This document shows positions 8,732-18,929 of a stretch of DNA of 64,000 nucleotides, in pieces. A model generated the notes under the pieces. That model was given only the letters and a program-made list of their open reading frames with translations. It did not search any database and was not told where the DNA came from. Numbering within the stretch: position 1 is the stretch's first letter; each line of letters begins with the position of its first letter. Source of the stretch: a virus; IMG/VR virus record IMGVR_UViG_3300049215_000223, positions 1 through 64,000 of that record; one strand, given 5' to 3'. The translations under genes and the position numbers were made by a program.

Positions 8732-9267
8732 TTTTGGCACGGAGGAAAACGGCGGGCATCGCACCACCAAATCTCACAAAAGGAATACATATCCCTACAT
8801 GTGAGGTGATCAGATGAATCATCAGTGTGACTCATCATAACTGTTTGTTTTCGATGACTCATATCATCGTCGTGATCTAAACCAATAGCATGACTAATCT
8901 CATGCAAAACGGCTTGGGCAAAGTCTCTTTTAGAAACATCTGTAGCTTCAAAAAGAACATTGTCTTCACCACGATAGTTAGCTCGACCAATCACCTCATG
9001 ACCATATACCTTTTCCAACTCTTTTCGAGTTGAAGGGAAAATGGCGATGAGGGCTTGTGAATGGTCCTCTTGGTTGGCGACTTCACGAAAGGTTACAGTA
9101 TCGTTAGTAGCAGCTTCCCATTCTACCAAAGCAGAGTGGATAGCTTTCTTTTGCTCGTCAGTGAATCCAGTTGGACTAACGTATACGTTGTACTGATGAG
9201 TTGGGCTAAGCATTCGAGGTGGAACGCAGCCAGTTAGTACAACGAAGCCAAGCATTTTGAAATTCAT
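8728..9267 (-). CDS. Matrixin-like zinc metalloprotease lipoprotein
   Basis: HEISHAIGLDH (HExxHxxGxxH), Met-turn VMM, lipobox-like LTGC. Confidence 0.8.
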   Translation of the reverse strand: MNFKMLGFVVLTGCVPPRMLSPTHQYNVYVSPTGFTDEQKKAIHSALVEWEAATNDTVTFREVANQEDHSQALIAIFPSTRKELEKVYGHEVIGRANYRGEDNVLFEATDVSKRDFAQAVLHEISHAIGLDHDDDMSHRKQTVMMSHTDDSSDHLTCRDMYSFCEIWWCDARRFPPCQK

Positions 9268-9294
9268 ACTACAACCGTCTTGGTTACAAGACGC

Positions 9295-9552
9295 CTACTT
9301 TCGATCCTCGAAATCTTTTTGAGCATCTTCTAGCTTGGAGAAGTAATGTCCCCAATAGAATTCAGCATGAGTCCATTCGAAAATACCAGGCTCAATTTCT
9401 TGAACCTTTAGATTCTCACGATGGACAACGTAATGGTTGTGCAGGTTTTCTGGAATGTGACGAATCACAATGCGAGCAGGCATCATGCCCTCATCCACTT
9501 TGATGGAACCAGACTGAATGATATCAGACTCGTTGACAATCTTCATCTTCAT
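9295..9552 (-). CDS. Hypothetical protein
   Basis: RBS; ends FYWGHYFSKLEDAQKDFEDRK. Confidence 0.6.
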   Translation of the reverse strand: MKMKIVNESDIIQSGSIKVDEGMMPARIVIRHIPENLHNHYVVHRENLKVQEIEPGIFEWTHAEFYWGHYFSKLEDAQKDFEDRK

Positions 9553-9555
9553 GAT

Positions 9556-9744
9556 CTATCCCTTTCTTTCCAGAATCATACTGGTCGTTGCGCTGTTGGC
9601 TTCATTGAGAACAACCAGCTGCAAGTCACGTGTATCGACTTCAGGATGCTTCTTCATGATCTCTTCCAGAGCATTGAAGACCTCATCGCCGATATCAAAC
9701 CCTTCACGAGTATAACAAGCTTTATCATCGAACAATCGTTTCAT
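9556..9744 (-). CDS. Hypothetical protein downstream of a 15-bp motif copy
   Basis: Motif at 9782-9796, purine-rich leader, ATG. Confidence 0.6.
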   Translation of the reverse strand: MKRLFDDKACYTREGFDIGDEVFNALEEIMKKHPEVDTRDLQLVVLNEANSATTSMILERKG

Positions 9745-9869
9745 GCTCTTTCGTTCCGTTCCTTATACTCTATGGTTCTAGCCGTTGGGCGATGGGCGCC
9801 GTTCAGCCACACTGTAATTGTTACTGCAACATAGCAATAACTTTTTCTATGTGCTCGTCCTGCAAACCG

Positions 9870-10229
9870 TCATTGAACTTGGTTGCCACCAATCATTTGA
9901 CCCAACCGAAGATGGGGGTGCTGAACCCAAATGCTATACAGCTTCTCTACCATCATTCGTTTTTGTTTGAGACCCAAGGCATGTCCCCATTTAGCTCCAT
10001 TCCACCAAGCTTTACCAGTTGCTTCGCGTTGCTCATACCAGGCATCATTAGCCAGTCGAGCCTTTTCTTCTGCTGCCTTAGCCTTCATAGTAATATGATT
10101 AAGGTCAGTTTCCAACTCTCTGTTTCTTTCACTCAGAGCTTGAACGAGTTTCTCCAGTTCCACTACTCGTGGTGAACAGACGGAGCAAGCACATCGAACT
10201 AACTGGCTTGTATGTTTAAACTCATCCAT
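9870..10229 (-). CDS. Hypothetical coiled-coil protein
   Basis: CACSVC N-terminus; HPHLRLGQMI end. Confidence 0.55.
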   Translation of the reverse strand: MDEFKHTSQLVRCACSVCSPRVVELEKLVQALSERNRELETDLNHITMKAKAAEEKARLANDAWYEQREATGKAWWNGAKWGHALGLKQKRMMVEKLYSIWVQHPHLRLGQMIGGNQVQ

Positions 10230-10377
10230 TGTTATCCCTCACCAATACTTGGCAATGAAATGCCATGCCACGCAAATGGCTGCGATAGTTGCAGCCAAAG
10301 ACAATAGCATTGTCACAATCCACACTACTAGGAAACCACTAACAAAAGTGGCTCCTGAATTGAAACGCGCTTTCATT

Positions 10378-10590
10378 TCAGCGGCGACCGAGAATCGTGG
10401 CTACGATGGCAACCAGAAGGAACAGGAGGAGGATCGAAAGACCAATGCCCGCACTGATCCAAAGCGGCGAAAGAACCCAAAGCCAGCTCCAAGTGATCAC
10501 ATGACCCAGCTTGAGACCGATGAAGAGAAGTGTGAGCAGCCCGGCAAATCCAACACCACTCGACGAAGACGACGATGAACTATCACTCAT
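10378..10590 (-). CDS. Small phage membrane protein
   Basis: GVGFAGLLTLLFIGLKLGHVITWSWLWVLSPLWI, a pattern I recognise from many phages. Confidence 0.75.
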   Translation of the reverse strand: MSDSSSSSSSSGVGFAGLLTLLFIGLKLGHVITWSWLWVLSPLWISAGIGLSILLLFLLVAIVATILGRR

Positions 10591-10938
10591 GATACTTATT
10601 CCTTTTTGTTTTGTTTATGCAGATTCTGCCAGATGATTTTCTGGCGAAAAATTCTTCTTCATAACCATCTAGATGAGGTCGGTCTGTCAACCATTCTTCA
10701 TGGAAGTATTCCGACCTAACATTCAATTCTTGTTCCCACCTGTAACGCTCCTTCAGATGAACCGAAATCTAATTCTTCAAAACCAGAATCGGTTAATTTA
10801 TTGATGAAGCGGGTGTACTTCCTATCCGGGTTATAAACCCGTTCCTTCGGCATGGAGTCCAAAAGATCTTGTGCCGAACCCATCTTCACGTGCTTCATTT
10901 TCATTTCTCCTGGCTTTACGCCAATTGATTGTTTCGTT

Positions 10939-11424
10939 TCACTCGTAATGCGGGCGAGGAGTTGACTCGCCCGGATGCTCTTCAACGCAGATACTCAACT
11001 CGGCACCACCTAGTACCGAATAGATATTACCTTCCTGCACTTCACCGAAGATGTTTTGCAGGTGCTTTTTGAATTGATCAACTTGCTTCTCGTCGGGAAC
11101 CAATTGGAATCCCCACTTGCAAGCTTTGATTGGATTGCCGTCGTCATCCTTAGCGCCTTCTTTGGCGCGGTTACAGGTCCAACAGGATGAGTCGTGATGT
11201 TCGTGCGAAGTGGCTTGAACCGGAATGCTGGCAAGAGGTTCACTATGATTGAACCACCATCCACCTTCTTCGGGTCCACCATAGTGGCGAGTCACCTGAT
11301 AAGCATTGACATACATCAATGTAGATGTGCCTGGGCGAACGTAATCCTCAGGAGGATAATCACATTCATGGCATGCGCCACAGCTATCTATCTCTTGGTC
11401 ACATGTCATACATACTTGACTCAT
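10939..11424 (-). CDS. Hypothetical protein
   Basis: YVNAYQVTRHYGGPEEGGWWF...PHYE. Confidence 0.7.
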   Translation of the reverse strand: MSQVCMTCDQEIDSCGACHECDYPPEDYVRPGTSTLMYVNAYQVTRHYGGPEEGGWWFNHSEPLASIPVQATSHEHHDSSCWTCNRAKEGAKDDDGNPIKACKWGFQLVPDEKQVDQFKKHLQNIFGEVQEGNIYSVLGGAELSICVEEHPGESTPRPHYE

Positions 11425-11426
11425 GA

Positions 11427-11711
11427 TTATTCGTCCTTCATGTCTTTCATTCCATGATGATCAACGACTTCGCCTTGACGCTTGTCCATGTACCTGACGA
11501 CTTCATCCAGAGAAACCGGACGATACTCGTGAGTAATTTCTTTGCAGTCCACTCCAACGTCAACGCTCTTTCCATGAGGAGGAAGCGAGCCGTGAGAATG
11601 TCCATACAAATGAATTGAATCGTGATGTGACTTGTTCCAAACACGCTGCCCGTAATGGAACAGAACGATGAACTTGCCTTCGACTTTCAATTCTTTATAG
11701 TTTTGAAACAC
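11427..11711 (-). pseudogene. C-terminal remnant of a calcineurin-like metallophosphoesterase
   Basis: IVLFHY, HLYGHSHG and VDVGVD present; N-terminal DxH/GD/GNH motifs absent. Confidence 0.75.
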
Positions 11712-11832
11712 GATTGGGTATACATCTGACAATTGCGTGTCCTGTTGCCGCACTTGTAATAGTGCAAAAGGCGAGCTAACTCTAGAAGAGTTTAGAAGTT
11801 GGGCACTTAGACTGGCGGAAAATCTAAGCTAA
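11707..11832 (+). pseudogene. C-terminal remnant of an HNH endonuclease (not in track)
   Basis: NTIGYTSDNCVSCCRTCNSAKGELTLEEFRSWALRLAENLS-stop. Confidence 0.7.
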
Positions 11833-11837
11833 CATTT

Positions 11838-12362
11838 TTACCCGAATACGTGTTTGAACATTTTGCATTGATAGCACAAGTATGTGCCATCACGCTTGTC
11901 TGCGTAAGCGTCTGGATTATACTCGGCGTGAGAGCCACGACAAGTAGCTCCAGGAGTTGTAGCTTGGAAAGGAGAATCATCTTCATCCTCTTCTTCCTCG
12001 ACCTCTTCTACCTCCTCCTCGTCACACAATGCCACGAAGAAGTCGGGAGCCCAAGCAGTGGGAACACAACCTACAGTAGAGATTTGGTGTTCATTTACGT
12101 AGTAGAATTGAACATGTTCTGAATCGCAATTAATATTGCACGTGTTCCAGAACTCCAAAACTTTATCAAGCTGATTTAGAAGCACAAAATTATTCAGAGC
12201 TTGTGCGTCAGTTGCTTGATCCACATCGCTCATGTCCCATTCGTTTTCGATGATGGACATGATTTCCGTACTTGCTTGCGTGAGCGCTTCGTACTCTGTA
12301 TTCCAAAGAGTAATCCTATTCTCGTCGTCATACGGATATGACATTGTGAGTACCCACACCAT
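11838..12362 (-). CDS. Acidic hypothetical protein with C-terminal Cys motif
   Basis: GAAAGGA RBS after motif copy 12395; DGTYLCYQC end. Confidence 0.65.
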   Translation of the reverse strand: MVWVLTMSYPYDDENRITLWNTEYEALTQASTEIMSIIENEWDMSDVDQATDAQALNNFVLLNQLDKVLEFWNTCNINCDSEHVQFYYVNEHQISTVGCVPTAWAPDFFVALCDEEEVEEVEEEEDEDDSPFQATTPGATCRGSHAEYNPDAYADKRDGTYLCYQCKMFKHVFG

Positions 12363-12437
12363 GATACTTCGTCCTTTCAATTACTAGGTTCATACCGTTG
12401 GGCGATGGGCTAGTTACAGCCACAACAGAATATTGCA

Positions 12438-12453
12438 TGCAAAATCTGTGCCA
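12438..12453 (-). promoter_or_regulatory. Single sigma54-type -24/-12 site
   Basis: TGGCACAGATTTTGCA (GG-N10-GC), upstream of motif copy 12395. Confidence 0.55.
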
Positions 12454-12475
12454 ACGATTTCAGAAAAAAGATAAA

Positions 12476-12521
12476 TGGCTGTCCAGCCTGGACTCGAACC
12501 AGGGACCTGAGCTACTGAACA
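12476..12521 (-). ncRNA. Internally deleted tRNA (acceptor stem, T-arm and CCA; no anticodon arm)
   Basis: TGTTCAG-TAGCTCA-GGTC-CCTGG-TTCGAGT-CCAGG-CTGGACA-G-CCA. Confidence 0.7.
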
Positions 12522-12526
12522 ATACT

Positions 12527-12727
12527 TCAAAGGAAAATGCGGCGAAGATATTCGCGCGCAATTACGAATGGAATGAAAGGCAATGCAAAGACTGCTAGCC
12601 CACCATCACCACTATGATCGCTCTTGTGACCAGAAATTGCATACCACGCCCAAACAACAGCGCATAATGCTAACCACAAAAACAGTAAGGCTAGTGGGAC
12701 ACCCACCACCCAATAAATGACATGCAT
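12527..12727 (-). CDS. Membrane protein
   Basis: Two hydrophobic segments. Confidence 0.6.
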   Translation of the reverse strand: MHVIYWVVGVPLALLFLWLALCAVVWAWYAISGHKSDHSGDGGLAVFALPFIPFVIAREYLRRIFL

Positions 12728-12940
12728 TTAGTTTTTCCAATTCTCCCAAAGTCTTAGAGCCCGTTCCTTATTCGGAGTACAACGCTCACGAACGTATACA
12801 TCAAGAGGCTCTTTGAATGTGCGCCCGCATACAAGGCAGTCTGCACTAGACTGCATCCCTAAACGATTAGTGTTTTGATGGTGAGCCAATGCATGACCAA
12901 ACCTATCAAACACAATCTTGGGATCGTATGGGGAACTCAT
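12728..12940 (-). CDS. Hypothetical protein
   Basis: CLVCGR motif; abuts neighbour. Confidence 0.55.
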   Translation of the reverse strand: MSSPYDPKIVFDRFGHALAHHQNTNRLGMQSSADCLVCGRTFKEPLDVYVRERCTPNKERALRLWENWKN

Positions 12941-13486
12941 GGCTTCTTGAGGAAGAGACGTAGTAGTTGATACACTAGACCAACCAGAAAGCCTGTAGCA
13001 AAAATTGCCCAGCTATATTTCCAACCAAACCCAGCCCAGCCCATGCAATGAATCCCACAACTAGCAGGATTGGTTGGAGTAGCCAGCAGATAGCAATAAT
13101 GATATCGCTTTTCATTTCTCCAACTCTGCTTTCAGTTCGGTTGAGTCACTGCTTTCTAGAAGAGCAACGATCCACTGTGTAAGCACATGCTCTATGCCTT
13201 GACGAGGCATTCCGCTACGCTCCATATTCAGATGGAATTGAACTTGCTCCAAAATAGCTTTCTTGCCTTCGGGTCCGATTTTCATATTCGCTCCAAAAAA
13301 TTGTCCGGGTTTGTTTTATGAGAGAAGGTGTCGTCTGTAAGCAGCTTGTCCGACAGACTACCCGGAACCCTGGTCAGCCACACATCCCTATGCCCTGACC
13401 ATTTACTCTTGGATGCTTATGGTTGTTCTTAGATTTAGCCGCCCTTCATAGAGGGTAACCTAAGAGCCATTGGGGATTACATCTTG

Positions 13487-14197
13487 TTACTTTAGAAGTC
13501 CACGTACACCTGAACCCAAACCAGGTTTGGATTGCAAAGTGGATCCAGCTTGGTGACCTGTTCGCCACGCATCGGCATCAATGTTAGACTTGAAGCTAAC
13601 TGATCTAGATGAAGGATACTTGTGCTTCATAAGAGCGGCTGCATCATCCGCATGTTTATCCACAATTGCCAAAGCACTTGAAGATGCTTGCGCACGAACT
13701 TCTTTCTTGGCGGCAGCTAGCGATTCACCAATCGCTTGCACTGCGCCGAGGTAGAAACTGTTGTGCCAATGCTTGCCTTCACCACGATTGAGATCGCGAG
13801 GAGCAAGTAGATTGGCAAGACGAACCAGCTCTACCGCGAAGTAGGCATACTGATATCGCACCGTAGCAATATCAGACGGACGACCAATGCAATAGAATCC
13901 AAGCTTGCGATCCGCATTGTATCTGAGAACACCCTCGCACGCATATGCTTGCGTCAAGTATGTTAGCATTACATTCTGCCAACGCGTTTGCCGTTGATTC
14001 CAATCGGTAACTGCAATGCCATCTTCGATGGTTACTTCATTGCTACCTTCGGTGATTTCCAATTCAGCTTCTGCCAGGCAGTGTTCCTGAATTAGCTTCT
14101 CAGCCAAACGCGCAGCCGTAGCCGCTTCGTTCAGATTGCTGGATGTAGAAAGGTTCCGTAGTTTACGAACCTTATCGATCACAGATTCTCGTTCCAT
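13487..14197 (-). CDS. DUF2786-domain protein
   Basis: VIDKVRKLRNLSTSSNLNEAATAARLAEKLIQEH N-terminus; SFYLGAV and GHQAG motifs. Confidence 0.8.
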   Translation of the reverse strand: MERESVIDKVRKLRNLSTSSNLNEAATAARLAEKLIQEHCLAEAELEITEGSNEVTIEDGIAVTDWNQRQTRWQNVMLTYLTQAYACEGVLRYNADRKLGFYCIGRPSDIATVRYQYAYFAVELVRLANLLAPRDLNRGEGKHWHNSFYLGAVQAIGESLAAAKKEVRAQASSSALAIVDKHADDAAALMKHKYPSSRSVSFKSNIDADAWRTGHQAGSTLQSKPGLGSGVRGLLK

Positions 14198-14206
14198 TGT
14201 TTCCTC

Positions 14207-14923
14207 TTAGGGACAGCAGTATACGTGATTGGTTGAATCTACCAATGTACAAGGTGAACTCATACTTCCACCGAAATGACACTGATATGCAGAGTTTAGT
14301 CCGCTACAATCAGAGTCGAAGCCAGCAGCCTTGCCGCACGCGCAGACTTCTCCGTACACACAAGAACCATAATTGCAATTTCCGCAAGCAATGGTTCCTC
14401 CACACTGATCGCTTTGCGTATCGCAAAGCTCGTAGCCTTCCCAATTGCAGCTGCCCGTATGACCACACACCTGAGTGGTCAAGCAGGATTCACCGCTGCT
14501 GCAAGTGGTACCACATTGGGCGGGCGTTCCGCAATTGATATTGCCACCGCAGTTGTCGGAATGATTTCCACAATAGGGCAGACCACCATCCGCAGGATTG
14601 GTGCACGCTGCACTCTTGGTCAAAGGCACACACGAGTCTTGCCCGGATGAAGAATCCAAGGAAGAGTCATTGACTGGATTGATAGAAACATCTTGGCTCC
14701 CACCATCCAGCCCAACGCTTCCATCCACATCATTGCACTGACATGGATCGTATCCACTCTCATCCTTGGAACAAGTCTGAAAACTGCTGGTCCCATTGGG
14801 ACACACGCATGAGAGTGCTTGTCCAGACGTGCACTTGATATTGGAGACAACAGAATCTCCAACGCAAGCAGCGATGGCGAGACCAGCCATCATACTCATG
14901 ATTATGTAGCTATGACGGGTCAT
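14207..14923 (-). CDS. Cysteine-rich lipoprotein of myxobacterial style
   Basis: Lipobox IAAC, D/S/G linker (DGG, DSS), repeated D.CGG.I.CG modules. Confidence 0.75.
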   Translation of the reverse strand: MTRHSYIIMSMMAGLAIAACVGDSVVSNIKCTSGQALSCVCPNGTSSFQTCSKDESGYDPCQCNDVDGSVGLDGGSQDVSINPVNDSSLDSSSGQDSCVPLTKSAACTNPADGGLPYCGNHSDNCGGNINCGTPAQCGTTCSSGESCLTTQVCGHTGSCNWEGYELCDTQSDQCGGTIACGNCNYGSCVYGEVCACGKAAGFDSDCSGLNSAYQCHFGGSMSSPCTLVDSTNHVYCCP

Positions 14924-15371
14924 GGTTTCTCCTGAAAACAACTGCACTCAGTGGGTCGCCCACCACCATGGTAGCTCGTTCTAACACCGGATTCTGCGTG
15001 CAGGAACTTTTAGGTTAGGATTGACGTGGGCTAGATCCGGCGCTTCATCAGCAAGCTGATCGAATTGCCTGGGGATTGCCTCGTCGCCTTATTAGCCTAA
15101 CCAAAAGAAATGCGGGCGCTAATACGGAGCAGCTATGCCGGAAAGGAGGACTTGTTGCCTATCCATATCGGCGCCCAGCGCAATATAGGGGAGTCGAACC
15201 ACCCACAACAGGTTCCGGTGAACGGATTACCATTGCCCTCTTTCCGGAGGAATTGCAATTGCTCTCAGCCTTTGAGACGAAAGAGCTTAGTAAGAAGATA
15301 CGCTATGAGATATAGCACTAGCAGTGCCATACCAATTACACACAACGTACCAACGATGTCGTATAGAGTTT

Positions 15372-15713
15372 TCATTCGCTTGGGAGCAAGTCCCGAATCT
15401 TGGCGAGACGTGCAATCATGTAATCGACTATCTCACGATTGTGAAAGTCTGATCGTTTTGTGTTGGTGATTGCTTCTGCCGCCTCTAACCAAGCATCACT
15501 CATTTGGCAAATCATATTGCCTGTAGAGTCGCATTGCCTAACTGCGACTGCTAGAAGCTCCTCAGCAGTAACAATGGTGCCTGTATCTGGATTGCGGTAA
15601 GTGGTCATGAGATCCGGATAGAGATTTCGCATGCGCTTGCCTTGCTCGGCATACGCTCGAAGACTCGCGCGAAAAACGGTCCAGTCGTCTTCTGACATGA
15701 GATTTGTAGTCAC
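15372..15713 (-). CDS. Hypothetical protein
   Basis: 113-aa ORF, strand context. Confidence 0.55.
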   Translation of the reverse strand: MTTNLMSEDDWTVFRASLRAYAEQGKRMRNLYPDLMTTYRNPDTGTIVTAEELLAVAVRQCDSTGNMICQMSDAWLEAAEAITNTKRSDFHNREIVDYMIARLAKIRDLLPSE

Positions 15714-15790
15714 GACTCCACCTGCTTATGCCGAGCACGACCTCGTGTTACCTCACACACCCTCGAGCGATTCACTAAAATCGCTTCCCC

Positions 15791-16468
15791 CTATGGGATC
15801 TCGATCGTCCCGCGGTAAATCTCAACGTTGGCACGCACCCCAATCGTCATACGCAGTGCGCGATCTAGAGTGTCCTCATCCACGTCACGCACAGGAATAA
15901 CCTGGAGTCGTGACCCATCACGACGATACGAGCGCACCCAACTCGCGCGTTCCAATATGTCTTCAATCGGCTCAAGAATCTCCGCCGCGAGGATCTTGGC
16001 TACCTCGGCAGCATAGCGACCCTCTTCATATTCAACGGTAGTGTACCCCTGCTCACCGGTTTCCGGATTCTGCGCCCATGAGTCTGTCACGCGCGCGCAA
16101 CCGCAACGCATGCAACACTCTGTCACGATGACGCCGCCGCCGTTCCCATGTACGCCCGGATTCTCTTCGAGACCGCCAAGGATCTCGTACGGGCTCTGCC
16201 AATCGTGACTGCGAGCTGAGCACTCGGGCTCCTCCGCATCGAGTACCACGGTACGCGAGCCTAGCTCCTCGTAGTAGTCCTCATCTTCCGGCGCGCGCAC
16301 CTCGACGTGCACAAACAGCGCGCCCTCGCCGTCGTAGTTTGCGCGATCGACATTCGACTCTGCGATATCGAGCGCGTCATCCACGCTATCAGCCTCACAC
16401 GTGCCGTACTCTTCGCCCTCCTCGTATAGCGTCCACGTCCTCTCAGCGATTAACCGAGTTTTTGTCAT
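15791..16468 (-). CDS. Hypothetical GC-rich protein
   Basis: MTKTRL start; GGLEENPGVHGNGGG, CMRCGC. Confidence 0.65.
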   Translation of the reverse strand: MTKTRLIAERTWTLYEEGEEYGTCEADSVDDALDIAESNVDRANYDGEGALFVHVEVRAPEDEDYYEELGSRTVVLDAEEPECSARSHDWQSPYEILGGLEENPGVHGNGGGVIVTECCMRCGCARVTDSWAQNPETGEQGYTTVEYEEGRYAAEVAKILAAEILEPIEDILERASWVRSYRRDGSRLQVIPVRDVDEDTLDRALRMTIGVRANVEIYRGTIEIP

Positions 16469-16710
16469 GTCTGTATCTGCCCTTGCGCATGGTTGAATGT
16501 AGCCGAATATCAAGCAATCGGATCTTTTTGCCGTTGGTCCCCGCACGATTGACTCGTCGCAATAGACACATGTGCCAACCCACGTGTCACGGATATTTAG
16601 AAGTAGATCATAGTACTAGGCAGCTCTCTTCCTCTTGATCCTTTACTGCTGCTCAACTTCTAGTGCTATGCGATTGATATGTAATCTCACGCACAGCTAT
16701 GAAAAGAATA

Positions 16711-16737
16711 AGGGGATAGGTTTGCACCCTATCCCCT
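16711..16737 (-). terminator. Intrinsic terminator-like hairpin
   Basis: AGGGGATAGG/CCTATCCCCT 10-bp stem just after the 16747 stop, followed by TATTCTTTT on minus. Confidence 0.65.
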
Positions 16738-16746
16738 CAGACTAGT

Positions 16747-17106
16747 TCACTTCGCGGGCTGATCGGCGCGGCGCGTGACGCCGCCCTTCTTGCCCTTCGC
16801 GATCACGAAGAGGCTCGAATCGCCCTTCGCGTTTTCGCGGACGTACTCCATGACGCGCGTTTCGAGCGTCTTGTAGTTTTCCGGCTGAGCATTGAGCTGC
16901 TGAAGCGCAAAGCCAGCGACGGCGGGCATGTTGATCGAAAGACCCTTGTGCGAGTCGAACACGGTGCGGACCGCATCCGCAATCGCCGAAAGCTCCGTCT
17001 CGCGTTCCGCGACGTACTTGACGAGAGCCGCATCGAACGCAAGGCGCGAAGCCTTCTCGTCGATCTTGCCATCCTTCGTAGCGAGTGTAATCGTAAGTGT
17101 ACTCAT
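16747..17106 (-). CDS. Putative DNA-binding protein, paralog of 26131..26487
   Basis: Shared INMPAV/LNVPAL and AKGKKGG/AKGKNGG. Confidence 0.7.
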   Translation of the reverse strand: MSTLTITLATKDGKIDEKASRLAFDAALVKYVAERETELSAIADAVRTVFDSHKGLSINMPAVAGFALQQLNAQPENYKTLETRVMEYVRENAKGDSSLFVIAKGKKGGVTRRADQPAK

Positions 17107-17451
17107 GATTTCGTATCTCCAATTTGATTTTCTGTGTTTGTATTTACTATGCCGATTTCACGAAATTGTGAATAGATCGTTAGCTCATACAACGAAGCAA
17201 AGTAAGTGCTAAGATTGCGCGGCGTGGTGCCACGCTTGGACTTGCGCCCAGCACCTACCGATTCATGCCGTTTGGCGATGGGCACCGTTACAGTGTCCCT
17301 GAAATTAGAAGTACATGTTATTATGCTCGCTCAACACGAGACACATATATAATTTCCTTGGTACATGTACTAAAACCAAGGTTCATATCCTATATGGCGG
17401 CGGGTGCGGGCTGCTTAAAATTTTCTTTTTGGTTCAAAGTTAGAAATTGTT

Positions 17452-17958
17452 TCAAGCGGCGAAGCTGCGAAGCCCCTTGAGAGCATCTTCAGCTGATTCT
17501 TGAGCATTTTGGTGCCCGTAGAAGCCCCAACAGGAGTCTACCTCCGCACCATCGTCATCCAGAATCCGATAACCAAAGACTTCACCAGCCAGGTAGTCGG
17601 AAAACTCTTGAACTTCACTTTGGAGACAGTTCAAGATAGTGGCATGAAGCTTGGGGCTAATGCGTTTGACCTTCCAATCCTCACGAACTTTGTACTTACT
17701 GACGTAGATGATTCCGCACTGCCCACTATCCCATGGACATGTGAACGGTCCCGTGCTAAGCACCACACCCGAATGGATGTAAGCATAAACAGGAAGCGTA
17801 ATCATGGAAGGATCTTTTACAGCCTCTTCGATCTCTGAAGCGGAGACACATTTGTCACCCAAGAGATAACGAGAAGAAGTGTAGAGCATTGTTCCAAGAT
17901 GATCAAACTCTTTTCGAGGATTGATCGGATCAATGTCGTGAACGATTTCGATTTTCAT
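17452..17958 (-). CDS. Conserved hypothetical phage/MGE protein
   Basis: LPVYAYIHSG, PWDSGQCG and SCWGFYG motifs. Confidence 0.75.
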   Translation of the reverse strand: MKIEIVHDIDPINPRKEFDHLGTMLYTSSRYLLGDKCVSASEIEEAVKDPSMITLPVYAYIHSGVVLSTGPFTCPWDSGQCGIIYVSKYKVREDWKVKRISPKLHATILNCLQSEVQEFSDYLAGEVFGYRILDDDGAEVDSCWGFYGHQNAQESAEDALKGLRSFAA

Positions 17959-17964
17959 GAATCC

Positions 17965-18414
17965 TCAGAGAGAGGTGAAGTTTGGTTGCGCCATGAACGG
18001 CGCGAAGAATTGCGGATTGTTGTAAGAGTAAACGCAAAGAACCGAATCCTTCGCAAGCTCTTCCGCTTTACGAATCAGCTTCGCACCAATGCCGCGCCGA
18101 CGATATTTCCATGACACGTAAATCTGAACGCAAGCATGACCGTCCTTGTTCAGGAAGTTGTAGGCATCAGACTCGTAAGTGAATAGAGCCCAACCAACTT
18201 TCAAATCATTGACGCAGGCATAAATGCCTTTGGCTTTGATCGAACGCTCGTGCCGGATTCTTGTATAGAAGTCCAGAGCTTGATTCATTCCGGAGAATCC
18301 ACCCAACGTCAATGAGCGAGTGATCGCCATGAGATCGGGATTGTCAACAATGTCATCCATCTCGATCACTTGGATCGTCATGGTTTCTTGAAGAGATTTT
18401 TTTGAGGTGATCAT
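17965..18414 (-). CDS. GNAT-family acetyltransferase
   Basis: Acetyl-CoA motif A: IYVSWKYRRRGIGAKLI. Confidence 0.75.
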   Translation of the reverse strand: MITSKKSLQETMTIQVIEMDDIVDNPDLMAITRSLTLGGFSGMNQALDFYTRIRHERSIKAKGIYACVNDLKVGWALFTYESDAYNFLNKDGHACVQIYVSWKYRRRGIGAKLIRKAEELAKDSVLCVYSYNNPQFFAPFMAQPNFTSL

Positions 18415-18506
18415 CTTCTTTACTAAACATCAGGTAAAGTATTATGAGACATATTCCACCACAAACACAATAGATGGAGGTTTCATCGCAATACATGGTT
18501 ACTTCT

Positions 18507-18731
18507 TTAGGTCATTTGACCTTTGACAATTTTCAGAATCTCACGCGAAGAAACAAGCGTACACTTAGACATAATCTCAGCGATGCGTCGCTTCGGGATA
18601 TCATAGTGCGCATACGACTCATTGTGAAACCAACAACGCTTTATATTCAGCGTTTGTGCCATTGCATGCAGGTTCTCTATCGAATAGGGAAGGCACACTA
18701 GATGGCATTGATTGTCACAAAAGTATTGCAC
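18507..18731 (-). CDS. DUF4031-like small protein
   Basis: HLV...LHAMA...RCWFH...HYDI pattern. Confidence 0.65.
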   Translation of the reverse strand: MQYFCDNQCHLVCLPYSIENLHAMAQTLNIKRCWFHNESYAHYDIPKRRIAEIMSKCTLVSSREILKIVKGQMT

Positions 18732-18733
18732 GT

Positions 18734-18910
18734 TCAGTAATGCCTGGTATTATCCGGGCACTGGCGAGCCAGACCCTTGATTTCCCACTTGCCACCGCTA
18801 TCTTTGTGATAGCAATACAAGCTGTCTTGGTAGTAGTTGGCAGGCGGCGCATAAGGATCATGCAAGCAACCTGCACACACGAGAATGAAAACGATGAGAG
18901 AGAGTTTCAT
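18734..18910 (-). CDS. Small lipoprotein
   Basis: MKLSLIVFILVCAGC lipobox. Confidence 0.6.
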   Translation of the reverse strand: MKLSLIVFILVCAGCLHDPYAPPANYYQDSLYCYHKDSGGKWEIKGLARQCPDNTRHY

Positions 18911-18929
18911 GTTTTGAACTTTCAACTAA

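Noticed and set aside
15180-15215. tRNA at the T-loop-like GGTTCGACTCC (minus strand)
   Set aside because: The T-stem is mismatched and no acceptor or anticodon arm could be built around it.
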